From assembly GCA_965644495.1 (NCBI GenBank), contig CBFFSA010000007.1, forward strand, positions 434,001-498,000: a stretch of DNA of 64,000 bases, written 5' to 3'. Position 1 is the stretch's first letter; every line of letters starts with the position of its first letter. Source of the DNA: Perkinsela sp. CCAP 1560/9 (Eukaryota > Protista > Euglenozoa: Kinetoplastea). The position numbers were made by a program, and so were the translations under genes. Below are positions 44,527 through 55,335 of the stretch, in pieces. The notes below the pieces were generated by a model, which had not been told where the DNA came from, did not search any database, and worked only from the letters and a program-made list of their open reading frames with translations.

Positions 44527-45574
44527 CGTTGTTCCACATAGAACTTTGCGAACAAATCAACAATCCCGCCCGTACGCCACGTGTTACAAATACAGTACAT
44601 ACAAGTGGAAAAAGCATTGGCGTCGCGAAGTGGCACCAAACGGTTTTTGCTTGCTATACTAGTAGTATAGTGAATTACTACATGTTGGTTACTGATTACT
44701 ACACGGAATACTGATTACTACGTCGATTACTACATGCGCCTTTTGAGAGTGTGGAGCAGCAGTTTCCGACATGATTGAGGCAGGTAAAAGAAGGACTGAT
44801 GCGACCGGTGTCATCAACTATGTAGGTTGTTGAGATTTAGGAAAAACTTCTAAACATACATGTACGTATGATTATCACACCAGAGGACGTTATTATGATT
44901 ATCACTGTACATGAATTCGCATTCGGTGACTACAGGGACAATAAAGAAGTAGTGGTGAACAGCTTCATAAATAGTGGGTAACAATCCCCTTCCTCTTGAC
45001 TGCCACCAGCTTCAGGCCGTCTGATGTTTGGCTGGATCGCGGTCAAAACCTTTGCCGGACGAATACTCAGACCAAACGTTGGCAGTAATTACAAGCACTG
45101 GTGTCCCGCTTTTGAAGAGATCGTTGGCCTCGTCAACTCCAATGATCTTACCGGCCTCTTCGAACCATCAGTACGTACATGCTCTCGAACCATCAGTACG
45201 TACATGAGTGAAAAACTCATCGCTCCCTTCCAGAAGAACATGAACCACTTTTGTTGCAGTCTGTCTAGGTGTTTTCGAAGATCTGCACCTAACGCTGCGG
45301 GACAACCTTCACGATCTGCCTCTCTGAGCAAAAGTTTAGTAGCCCAGTAGGGAATCAGCGCCGTAGGATTGTCTCGAACGTCAGAAAGCTCCTTCAGCAT
45401 GTCTTTTTGGATGAAACTGGACGACAAGGGATGGTAATTGAAAACTGTATAGGTCCCCAAAAGAGATGTCATTGGAGAGTCATTAGTAGCTCCAGCGACT
45501 GCTGGTGATCGTCTGCGGTTGTCGGCGATTGGCAATGACTTTCAGCGCCCTCCTGAGACTGCCCAAATGCTCCT

Positions 45575-45710
45575 CAATGTTAACAACATTCGATTTTTTA
45601 TTGCAACTCGTATAATGTTAACATTGGGGAGTAAAAGTTCGATTATTGTCAACATTCGATCATTGTTAACAAAAAAGGTTCGAAAAACTTGTTAACAGTA
45701 AACGAGCCCC
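45575..45710 (-). repeat. Possible PIF/Harbinger-like terminus with subterminal TGTTAACA repeats
   Basis: The minus strand begins GGGCTCGTTTACTGTTAAC. TGTTAACA occurs four times, with AACATTCGAT repeats. No partner TIR seen. Confidence 0.3.
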
Positions 45711-45865
45711 GCCTTTAACTTGAACACATTACCAGTCGCTGTACGGTACCTTATACATGTATAGTTTACGACAACTTTCGTCGTGGTAACTTCCCTCCGC
45801 TTGTGTTGAAATTTCAGCAAATGTGCCAGGTCTTTCTTTAATTCTTGTCTTCTGTATAGTTTCTA

Positions 45866-46405
45866 ATGCTTCACACCCTGGCGTCCTCGAGGTTTCACAC
45901 AAGGAAGTGTGGAATACTGAGTTGTGAAAGAATTTTTTCGGTGGATGTTATAAGGCCTACGACCCGTACATGTGGCACGTGGTCATATTCTCAGACACGG
46001 AGATGCTCGTCTCAATCGGCTTCTCTGCGTAGTACACTGCACGAAAGTGCATCTGGAACGAAGCAGTTGCAATCTCCACATTCTAACACCGCTTCGAATG
46101 CCTCAGCGTGTCACGCCCAGCGTTTCCCAATGGAAAGGTCTTCTTTCGTTTATGAGGGGGCGGAGAAAGGAACTGATATTGGAGCTCGGAATGAGGCAGC
46201 ATATATTCCGTACAAATCGTTTGTTCCATCCATTTTTAGTTGGAAACGTCGCATTGGCATGCCCTCGTACAACAATATAATGACCACTATAATAGTGGAA
46301 CTAGGGATTATTTTTACAACTGTTACAGCCGTATCCATACTACTGTGGAGTGCATGGATCCAAAGAAAATACGAAGTTGTTCGTCCTACTCGAGCAGCAT
46401 CCTAA
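45866..46405 (+). CDS. Hypothetical single-pass membrane protein, probably mitochondrial
   Basis: S/R-rich N-terminus and one C-terminal hydrophobic helix. Confidence 0.65.
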   Translation: MLHTLASSRFHTRKCGILSCERIFSVDVIRPTTRTCGTWSYSQTRRCSSQSASLRSTLHESASGTKQLQSPHSNTASNASACHAQRFPMERSSFVYEGAEKGTDIGARNEAAYIPYKSFVPSIFSWKRRIGMPSYNNIMTTIIVELGIIFTTVTAVSILLWSAWIQRKYEVVRPTRAAS

Positions 46406-46977
46406 GGTTACAAAGCAAATAACCAAGATGGGGACAAATGTAACCCTCTGCTTCTTTATCGGCCTACTAGCCCTTTAGGCTGTTTGTGACCTTTTTGTTA
46501 TATCTACGTTTATTTATTCAACAGTTTTTAATTTTTTAATTTCAAATCGCCAAATTTGTAGGTGTTACCAGGTTTGTCTTGTTAAAGCATATAAAATTTA
46601 TCATTTTTTTCTCATATTCGTTTCTCCCTGCACTAATTTAAGCCTGTATTAAAGTCGCAAAAACATACAAGCAAGTATTATTACGTAAGATTGATGGAGG
46701 TTGTCTGCGTACTGTTATTATGTTTTATTAATATACCGAAATGTGTACTAAATAGAGCGTCAGGGAAGAAGGGACACTTTTGCAGCATCTATGTTTCTTT
46801 TTGATTTTGAAAAAATCTAAAATATTTTTAAAATATTCGACGTTTTTTACATTTATTTTACCCTGAAGCGCATATTTCTTGAAGAGGAAGACGAGTTTAA
46901 ACGGGGGGTATTAATATAATGTTATGATTCTATACCTCATAGTCTCATAGCCTTTTGCAACTTTACTATCAGCTGAC

Positions 46978-48558
46978 ATGAAGCATGACGTTTGGCAACC
47001 TTCCCTTAATGTAGAAAGTATTCCCAAAAAAGCCAAGTGGTCAGAGGGACCGCTGATTCGGGGGGGTGTTGCGTATAGTGATCTGCTCGACACCTACGAC
47101 TTCCGTAAGGTCTACGGCGCTAAGAGCACCGATTATTTTGGAAATATTATTAACTACGTAACATCAAGAGCTTTTCGTTCCCAAGACGATATGAGCACCG
47201 TAGCACCCTATCCGAAATATGCGTCACATTTATTCCCCACATCGAAAACTATAGAAAACCCTTTGAGCGCTATATGTACCCAGTGGACAAATACAGTCTA
47301 TAATCATGACTATAGACGTACAGATCCTGCGATAAGTGAACCTCGCACAAAGGGTTACTTTAGCAATATGATTTGGGTAAACGAAGGGCGTCGACTGATA
47401 GCATCTACCTCCACCGGAGAGTTTGCTTTATGGAATGGCCATAGCTATACAATAGAGGGAAGAACACTTTCTCACGAAGAAGCCCCATGTCGTTCTCTTG
47501 CTTACGCACCAATTAATGAGATCTTATTTAGTGCCGACGATTTAGGCGTTTTAAAAATTTGGAAATTGGACTTGAAATGTGTTGCAAAGCTTCAGGCGCA
47601 TTCTGGTTGCGGTTGTATGATTCGTGAGATCACTGTTTCTCCCTCGGAGATGAAATTCTTATCTGCAGGAAAGGATGGTACTGTTCGCGTGTGGGATACG
47701 GAGACGCAAACAATGATGAACAAATTTCAAGGGCATGGCAGTGACGTGACATCGTGCTCTTGGCATTCGGATATGGCTTTAATTGCAACAGCAAGTTTAG
47801 ACAATAACATTCGTCTATGGGATCCAAGAACACCTCGATCCGAATTGGCCATTATGCAGGGACATATGAGTGGTGTGGGCCGGGTGCGATTTAATCCAAC
47901 ATGCAAACATTGGTTGCTCTCGGCAAGTAAGGATAACACGATCCGATTGTGGGATATACGAAAGCTTGATACTGTTTCATTATTTCGTGGACATACGAAG
48001 GAGCCTACGGGCATTGAGTGGCATCCTCACCATAGCACACTTTTCACATCCGCCGGATTGGATGGTATTTTAGCGTTTTTTATTGTGAACTACGGGGGCG
48101 CTACTTTATACTACAAAGGTCGTGACGTACACAATCGCTGGATGGCAGCAATAAATCGCGCCCATGGGACATTTAGATCTTTGCCTACAGGGATTCAGAA
48201 CGTAACATGGCATCCCTTGGGTCACGTAGTAGCGACCTGTTCATTCGACGGTCGACTTTGGACAAGAAACAAAGTTGGTTCCGAAATTGAGGTGAATTAC
48301 AGCGAGAGTGAAGATTCTGCATACGACGTCATCACGACGCGACGAGAAACGCAAAGACATGACCCAGATGACACCAAACCGCAAACTTGTATCTATCATG
48401 ACTCCAAGACGCTAGCCCAACCGGAAAGCTCCCAATGGGCGATCACCCAAAATCACGGTACTTTAAATGAAAAATCGTACCTCGACGATGAGTATGATGC
48501 TCCTTCAACACGCAGTGACAATGAAGATGCCATTAACGCGACATTTACATTAGAATAG
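46978..48558 (+). CDS. WDR33: Polyadenylation factor WD40 protein WDR33/PFS2
   Basis: W..EGRRL...STGEFALWNG, GHGSDV...WH...LIAT.S.DN.IRLWDPR, WHPHH and WHPLGH. Confidence 0.88.
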   Translation: MKHDVWQPSLNVESIPKKAKWSEGPLIRGGVAYSDLLDTYDFRKVYGAKSTDYFGNIINYVTSRAFRSQDDMSTVAPYPKYASHLFPTSKTIENPLSAICTQWTNTVYNHDYRRTDPAISEPRTKGYFSNMIWVNEGRRLIASTSTGEFALWNGHSYTIEGRTLSHEEAPCRSLAYAPINEILFSADDLGVLKIWKLDLKCVAKLQAHSGCGCMIREITVSPSEMKFLSAGKDGTVRVWDTETQTMMNKFQGHGSDVTSCSWHSDMALIATASLDNNIRLWDPRTPRSELAIMQGHMSGVGRVRFNPTCKHWLLSASKDNTIRLWDIRKLDTVSLFRGHTKEPTGIEWHPHHSTLFTSAGLDGILAFFIVNYGGATLYYKGRDVHNRWMAAINRAHGTFRSLPTGIQNVTWHPLGHVVATCSFDGRLWTRNKVGSEIEVNYSESEDSAYDVITTRRETQRHDPDDTKPQTCIYHDSKTLAQPESSQWAITQNHGTLNEKSYLDDEYDAPSTRSDNEDAINATFTLE

Positions 48559-48732
48559 TTTAAATTATGCAAATCGTATGATACATTGTAAAAATCCTTT
48601 ATATGGACGTTGGGTATCGAGATTTCTCCTTCCTCCGATTCATCGCAACAGAAGCGCACCACTAATTTGGGAACAGATTTCATATTTATTAGTTTGTGCA
48701 TTGATTTCCGTTATTTTATATTTTCTTCGCAC

Positions 48733-49566
48733 ATGAGAATTATTTTTGTATGTCTGTGTATCATAGGGTTTGACTCGTGCCATATTAGGGCATTGCACGG
48801 AGTTCGATTCGCGGATCAGGAGGCCGTTCCTGGAGTCCCGCTGAACGCTCATCAAATACTTCAAACAGGTACCACTTCCATCGGGTATTGGGTAGAGCGC
48901 TGCCTTTATACTCTGGAGTACTACTTAGGAGGGATGATCGGAGGAAATCCTTCACCGATGTTGGATACAAATTCTGATTCACTCGGAGGCGTTGTACAAG
49001 AAACATTGCGTGCTGCACTGAGCTCGCGATATTGTTTTACAGTGTCGTGGAATGAAACATATTTCGGATTTTGGACATTGACGCAGCGCCGCTCGTTTCC
49101 ATGTGCCACATCATGCGAATCAAAGAACTCATCGCACGCACAGACATGTTCCGGGGTGGATTTCAATTACCGTCTCAGGACAAGGCGGCAAGCAAAGCCT
49201 CCATATCGTCCATGGTACACGCAACTGTTTGCCCGAAGTCATGGGCTACCAGATTTAAAGGATGAATGGCCTTGTGAACCTTGCAAGCCACAAATTTACA
49301 ACATTCCTGGTTTTTCTCAGAAGTGCGCAAAAGTTCAAATTGGCGATGCTCATGCGGAATTTGAGTGTGATGAGCCCACCATGTGCGATTACGATCCGAA
49401 CTGGGGCTTGGAACCTAGATGTTCATTTTGGCGCAACCGTGCGCGGCATGGTCTACTCTGGGGAGGTCCTACTCAATGTGCACAATGTGGTAAACAATAC
49501 TACGCTTCCGATGGTCACCTTGAGACATCTGCTCGAAAACAAATAGAGCAGCTGTTCGATCAGTAG
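48733..49566 (+). CDS. Hypothetical secreted cysteine-rich protein
   Basis: First ATG gives a signal-peptide-like MRIIFVCLCIIG. Many Cys in the C-terminal half. Confidence 0.65.
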   Translation: MRIIFVCLCIIGFDSCHIRALHGVRFADQEAVPGVPLNAHQILQTGTTSIGYWVERCLYTLEYYLGGMIGGNPSPMLDTNSDSLGGVVQETLRAALSSRYCFTVSWNETYFGFWTLTQRRSFPCATSCESKNSSHAQTCSGVDFNYRLRTRRQAKPPYRPWYTQLFARSHGLPDLKDEWPCEPCKPQIYNIPGFSQKCAKVQIGDAHAEFECDEPTMCDYDPNWGLEPRCSFWRNRARHGLLWGGPTQCAQCGKQYYASDGHLETSARKQIEQLFDQ

Positions 49567-50887
49567 TCGCATATTACTTTTTTCTCCTGCAGACACAATC
49601 AAAAACATTACCTTCCTTTCGCTCTTTGTATTTGTTATGAGTATTTGCATTTTTTTATAGTTCTACATGTATGTGTTCTCTATTCTTCCTGCTGCGCCTT
49701 ACGAAATATGTAAGTCTATAATATAAACATTGATCGCGTCACACTGAAAAATCGAAATGAAACAGGTGTCGTAGAATATTCGGGTATTCGAAATATTTAC
49801 AGGGCTGAAACCTGAAGGACTGTCACGTAACAGGTGGGATCGTGTGGGATGAGTGATTCAATCACATTTGATACTAATACTTTTGCTAATGCTACTCTTT
49901 TGGTCTTTGATTCCTTGATCATTTCTTCATCAATCTATTCAGAATAAAATATTCAGAGGAAATTTTTTGAGCATACATTTCTTTTTTCTTTTATCAAAAC
50001 TAATGGAAGGCTATATTACTCTAGATGACTCAGTGTATATGGAAGGCCTTTTCGTCTCCAGTGACTCGGAAGCCTATGATTGTCTAGTTCGTGGGTCGAA
50101 CGTTCGGTGGAGTTGAAACAATATTGCCGTATTTTTGTCAAAAAACTAATTATTCCATCGGAATGTTGTAAGAATCATCAACGAAGATACAATAAAGTGC
50201 AAAGGATGGAACGCACAAATGGCTTGGGTCCGCCTTGCGACCCCAAAAGACGGTTACAGTATTTCACTCCGCGCGAAGTGAGGCAGAGGGAGACCTTACC
50301 CTCCCTATTACGGCCGAAATTTGGTTCCTGGCTCCATTTTTTTGACGGATAAAATCAGGCGGGGCGTTGCCTGACGACCTGACCTATTCCGGTTCATAGC
50401 TAGTGGGACATACGTAAAATACTACAAGCCATGTGATACCTCGGGGGTAGGTACGGAGCCCGAGACAATGCCATAGAAAAACCATTTAACTCATATGTCT
50501 TGCCTTGACAAGCAACGTAGAAAAGATTTCGGACAATCAGTACCTAAATTGCGCAAAAAGAATCTAAACTTCTTTCTGCCTCACATACTTTACTCTCCGT
50601 GGGAATTTCTTTTGCCGCCCCCATCTTGTCAAGAGCGTGCTTTCGTTCTTGCAAGATGCATGCTGTTCAAAGTACAATCATTACAGGGGTCCGAATAACT
50701 ACAAAACTTTATTATAGGTACTTTAAAGTAACTATATCTATTTTTCCCTACCTTTATCTACCTTTATTTTTTTGTCAATGGTTTGCACTGTAATCGTAGA
50801 AATTTTGTAGAAATTTTTCAATGCCTAATCGCTCGGATTGATACAGAAAGTCGAGCTAAATTTGTCCAGTCTTTTTAGTAAAATTAC

Positions 50888-50996
50888 TTTTTTAGGATCT
50901 TCGTTAAACGCGGTGGTTGTTTTCAACTTAGAAGTCACACATGCTGTGCGCTTCCCGTTGAAAACTACCACCGCGTTTAACGAAGAGCCTAAAAAA
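50888..50996. mobile_element. Short palindromic MITE family C
   Basis: TCTTCGTTAAACGCGGTGGT.GTTTTCAAC inverted arms. Full copy at 62802-62914; partial copies at 52591-52670 and 30356-30392. Confidence 0.8.
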
Positions 50997-51950
50997 GAAA
51001 AATCTCCAAAAGATCATGAATAATCTACTTTTTTGGGGGAAAAAGTTCGATTTTTCGGCAAAAATTGCGAAATTTTACACCGAATTTGGGCTGTTTTGTA
51101 TACCTTACCAGTAGGGGCAGGAGTCGAATTTGTCGACAAAAACGTCGTAGAATGGTATCTGAGGTCCGAAATTCTCCAAATACGGTTTAGGAGTCGATTT
51201 TGGAAGAAGAATATTTTTCCTTTTTTTTGGGTCAAAAATTTTTTCCGCAGGCGTTGCCGCATCGTTATTGAGCGAAACGGATCTTCTTGTGGGTATTGAG
51301 GGTAATTTTTGACCATTTTTTACAGTTTTTCAACTTTGCAAATCGTGTTTTTGACCCTTCCATCAAATGGGGGTACCCCCCTAACCCCCGCAAACTGCGT
51401 ATCCTAAAACATACAACTCTGCGAGAGCTCTCGAATGCGCTATTATTTCCCAATATCGGACAAATTTTACGAATTTTAGACCCCTCCCCATCATGGGATT
51501 TTCACCCCTGTATGTACATCTACACATACTCTGTAAGTGTACAGTGTATATCAGCAGGGGATATTCTAAACCACAGTCCGAGTTAGCATTCCTGTAGCTA
51601 GATAACATTCCGGGGGGGAATGTTATTATGTCCCATTGCTCCCCCCGAAAAACCCCCGTGCCCCCCCGTGGCTTACAGGTTCACCCACTCCACCGACGAA
51701 GAGCCACCACGGGAGATTCTCAACTCTGCTCCCCTACAGGGTCCTCCAGGTTTTCGGTACGCATGTACGCTACGTAGTACTTTAAGAAAGTTCAAGAACT
51801 CCAAGAAAGTGAAGCAAAAGAAGTCGAAGCAATGGGCGAAGAGGAAGATACTGAATAAATGAAGTTATTTTTCCTTTCAACAAAATAACTCAAAAAATTA
51901 TCTTGAAAATTTGACAATCCTGTAGCTACTTAACCTTCCCCCCCGGAATG

Positions 51951-52589
51951 TTAAACCGGACTGGTGCATAGGTATCTGCAGGGGAAATGAAAGCTTGGCG
52001 CGAATTGAACATGACATGTCATGTATGACAGGATAGACAGCATTGAATCACACTTCATGACCACAACAGGAATCCATAGATAGTGGCGGGCAACAACGAA
52101 CAGGCTAGGAGATAAAATTTTCCCAGTACTGCACCACCATTGATATTCATATTCATAGACCGTGGAATCCCACCCATAGTCATCACAATCAGTGCTTCCT
52201 TCAACTTCGGTGATTGAAAAAATCGGATGCTCCGAGGCTTGGTCGTCAAAAAGGTTATTCGCGGCGGCGACTGAAATGGGCTCCTGTTGACATGGCCGGC
52301 CGAACCGAACAATCCAACTTGGTCGAAACCACATTACTTGTTTCCAGAGACGCATATTATGATTCTTATCTAGTCTTTTCTTGTGGTGCAAAAGGGATGA
52401 TCGTAGTCCTTGTGGTGCTCCTGTACCTTCCGAAATTTCGTATAGATGCTCCAACATTTGGCGAACGTGTGTTGCCATCGGAGTATCTTTGCTTTTACTA
52501 AATTCCTTGAGTGCCGCATGTAGTTCACTGCATTCGCTCAAAAAAGATTCACACTGCTTCTTAAAGCATTGTGAGCCAAATTTAGTCAA
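51951..52589 (-). mobile_element. hAT transposase C-terminal dimerisation-domain relic
   Basis: WW......PSL..VARHYL.IP.....D..LS pattern. Cut at 52590 by a family C MITE. Confidence 0.6.
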
Positions 52590-52696
52590 GTTAGAAGTCG
52601 CTCATGCTGCGCGCTTCTAAGTTGAAAACTACCACCGCGTTTAACGAAGAGCCTAAAAAAGAAAAATCGCCAGAAAATCCTTTAACGTAGGTGACG

Positions 52697-53030
52697 ATCG
52701 CAGGACGGGAAATGCGTTTCTGAGTGAACGAAGGGCTCCGGGTCGCCCCGGCTGGCCGCTGGCTCCCTCAGGAGGTTGTGCCTCCTTTGCGAACTTGCCA
52801 CCCTCCTTCAAGGGTGACACGCCAGGCCCTTCACAGACGGTGGGGGGTACGAGAACCGAACACGCCTACCAGTTTCCGCTTGTCCAAGGGGGTGCCGACG
52901 TGTTTAACATTGTTTGACGCCCACGACGGGTACGGGAAGATGCCTAGGTCAGGGGTGATATACAGCAGAGTATAGAACCAATCCCCAGCATAGAAGAAGA
53001 AGAAGACGAAGAAGAAGAAGAAGAAGAAGA
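52697..53030 (+). mobile_element. Structured SINE-like element with (GAA)n tail
   Basis: Core 52697-52937 is homologous to 54729-54950. GAA microsatellite at 52992-53030. Confidence 0.6.
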
Positions 53031-54323
53031 CACGGAGGGCTGTGCAGCGCCAAACGTTAGGGTAGCGTCTCAGGTCACCGACCTTCATTATCTTGCAACC
53101 CCTTTCTCAGACTGCACTCGACGCCTTCCGGCCCGAGCACGACTACCCAACCGTAGCTGCCAGGACGGGCGTCCACCCCGTTGCATCGTGTAGGCTGTGT
53201 CTCAAGCCTCCTTTGCGTAAGCCTCCTTTGCGTATTTACCCACATGTGGGTAAATGCGGGTAATTTACCCGTTTGAGTTACCCGTTTAACCGCATTTACC
53301 CGCCATTCTTCAATTGTTATTAACTTTAGTAGGAACTCAAGTTGCAATACCTAGTCGAAGAGCTACCGTGTCAGACACTCCAATGGGGATATTTCTGTCC
53401 TATATTCGCTTTAGTAGGCCCTCGCATTGTTTCTAGCCACATGATCGACTAAACTTCCATCAGTGATCATGAATGGATTAAAAGCTTCAACAAACGTTGC
53501 TCACCAAGATTGGCCTGCAGAGTACAGATTAGGTGCTGTGCCATAGTTTTTCCATCGATTGCTCGATGTCTCGGTGAATAGATGGGAGGTAGTAAGTATT
53601 ACTGCGGGCCAACGCACATCACTGACAATAAAATTAGAGGCTGTGGGTATGATCTCGCGTGGTCTCACGTGATCTCGTTTTGAGATCGTCCAACCACCTT
53701 CCCGAGCCAAATCTGCTCTCGAGAGATCTACACCCCCGTCCCAGAATATAGTTAGTAATATAGTTAGTAACATATATGTGTAGTTAGTACTATATGTATA
53801 GTTAGTAGTCCCAGAATATAGTTAGTAACATTTAGAGAACGCCAAAAGAGCTTTTCGTTTTCTGTTTTTTGTGGATTATGTATGACGTCGTCGTGACTAG
53901 CTTAAAATTGTTATTAGCTCGTGTTTCTTTTTTCCTACAATATGATCTTAAATTTTATTACCTACATGCCGCCGTACTGCTTAATTTTTTGGTCGGAGAA
54001 TCAAGTACCCGGATTTTTTTCTTTCTTTCGGGTTCTTTGACTTTAATCGCTTCATATTTACAGCTTTGATATTTGTAATTTCACGAATTAGACTATTCAC
54101 GCGTATCCCTATAGTCTGCCTATACTCCTTTATTTTTTCTGATTTTTTATGACTGATTCCACGTTCAAACTTTCGGATAGCGAATCAGACGATGCAGAAG
54201 TGATCACTTGCGAAACAGTCTCACTTTCTGAAACATCGAGTTCCGATTAGTATGACACCTCAGACATAACTACTCCCCCTCTCATTAATAATTATAAACC
54301 TCCAAAAATCATTAAAGGGATTG

Positions 54324-55335
54324 GGGCGGTAGGGACAAATAGGATAGGGACGAAAAATTGATTTTTTTCGAAATTGCTCACAATAATTTTTTAAACGTTT
54401 TCAAATCATTTTCGTATTCATGCAGCCATTTTCAGCGTCTCTGAGCACATAATTTTATTAACTTGTCGCACCATACTTCTTTAGTAACATGGCATAGTAT
54501 TTCACTCTATCGAAACTTTTCCCATGGGTAGATCACACAGAAATCCAACACTCTGGTCGAGAGTGCAATAAGTCAGCGCGGCGAGACGTTCTCGTGGGCG
54601 CTTGAGCTCCCCTGACGATTGCTTGGGAATGATCGGTTACTATGTTTCTTCCCGGCGATCTGAAGGAAGTTTCGACGCTTTGATCCACATGAAATCAACA
54701 TTTTCTTACCTGACAAACGCAGATGCCTATCGCAGGACGGCAAATGCGTTTCTGAGTGAATGAAGGGCACCGGGCCGCCCCGGCTGGCCGCTGGCTCCCT
54801 CAGGATGTTCCCCCTTTGGGAAGTTGCCACCCTCCTTCAAGGGTGACACAATAGGCCCTTCACAGACGGTGGGGGGTGCGAGGTCCGAACGCCTCTACCA
54901 GTTTCTGCCGACGTGTTTAACTTTGTTTGACGACCACATCGGGTACGGGAGTTGGTTCCATGCGGGGGGGGTCCGAGTCGGTCCCCCAGACCTCAGACCT
55001 AATCGGAGGGTCTGTGTGGATCACTAACCATTGTTCTTCCTCGTGGATAGCTGACTGGTCGAATTTCTCGGAGTGTTAGACCGCCCACTATTACCGTAAG
55101 TCCCGTAAGAGAGATTGGGCCTCAGTAAGCGAGATTTGGTTCGAGGGGCTGAGCGGGTGGCTGGATGGGGGATCGTGGCTGGGATAGGTGACGGTAGCTG
55201 TGCGGGCGGTGATGTCTCTTTTAAACGCTTAAAATGGGTGTATGAACCTGCAAATGCCATAAAAACATTTAAAAGGACTTTTGAATCATTTTCGAAAAAA
55301 ATCAATTTTTCGTCAAATATTTGTCCCTACCGTCC
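54324..55335. mobile_element. Non-autonomous Mutator-like element (MULE)
   Basis: ~110-bp imperfect TIRs (GGGCGGTAGGGACAAATA / TATTTGTCCCTACCGTCC) and a perfect 9-bp TSD AAGGGATTG at 54315-54323 and 55336-55344. Confidence 0.85.

Noticed and set aside
52700-52880. Hammerhead ribozyme (GAAAC..GTC on the - strand; CTGAGTGA on +)
   Set aside because: No CUGANGA with properly paired stems I and II on the same strand.
55015-55075. HDV-like ribozyme (TCT-TCCTCGT-GGA resembles P3/L3)
   Set aside because: P1 needs a bulge and no P2 3' strand or J4/2 could be found.
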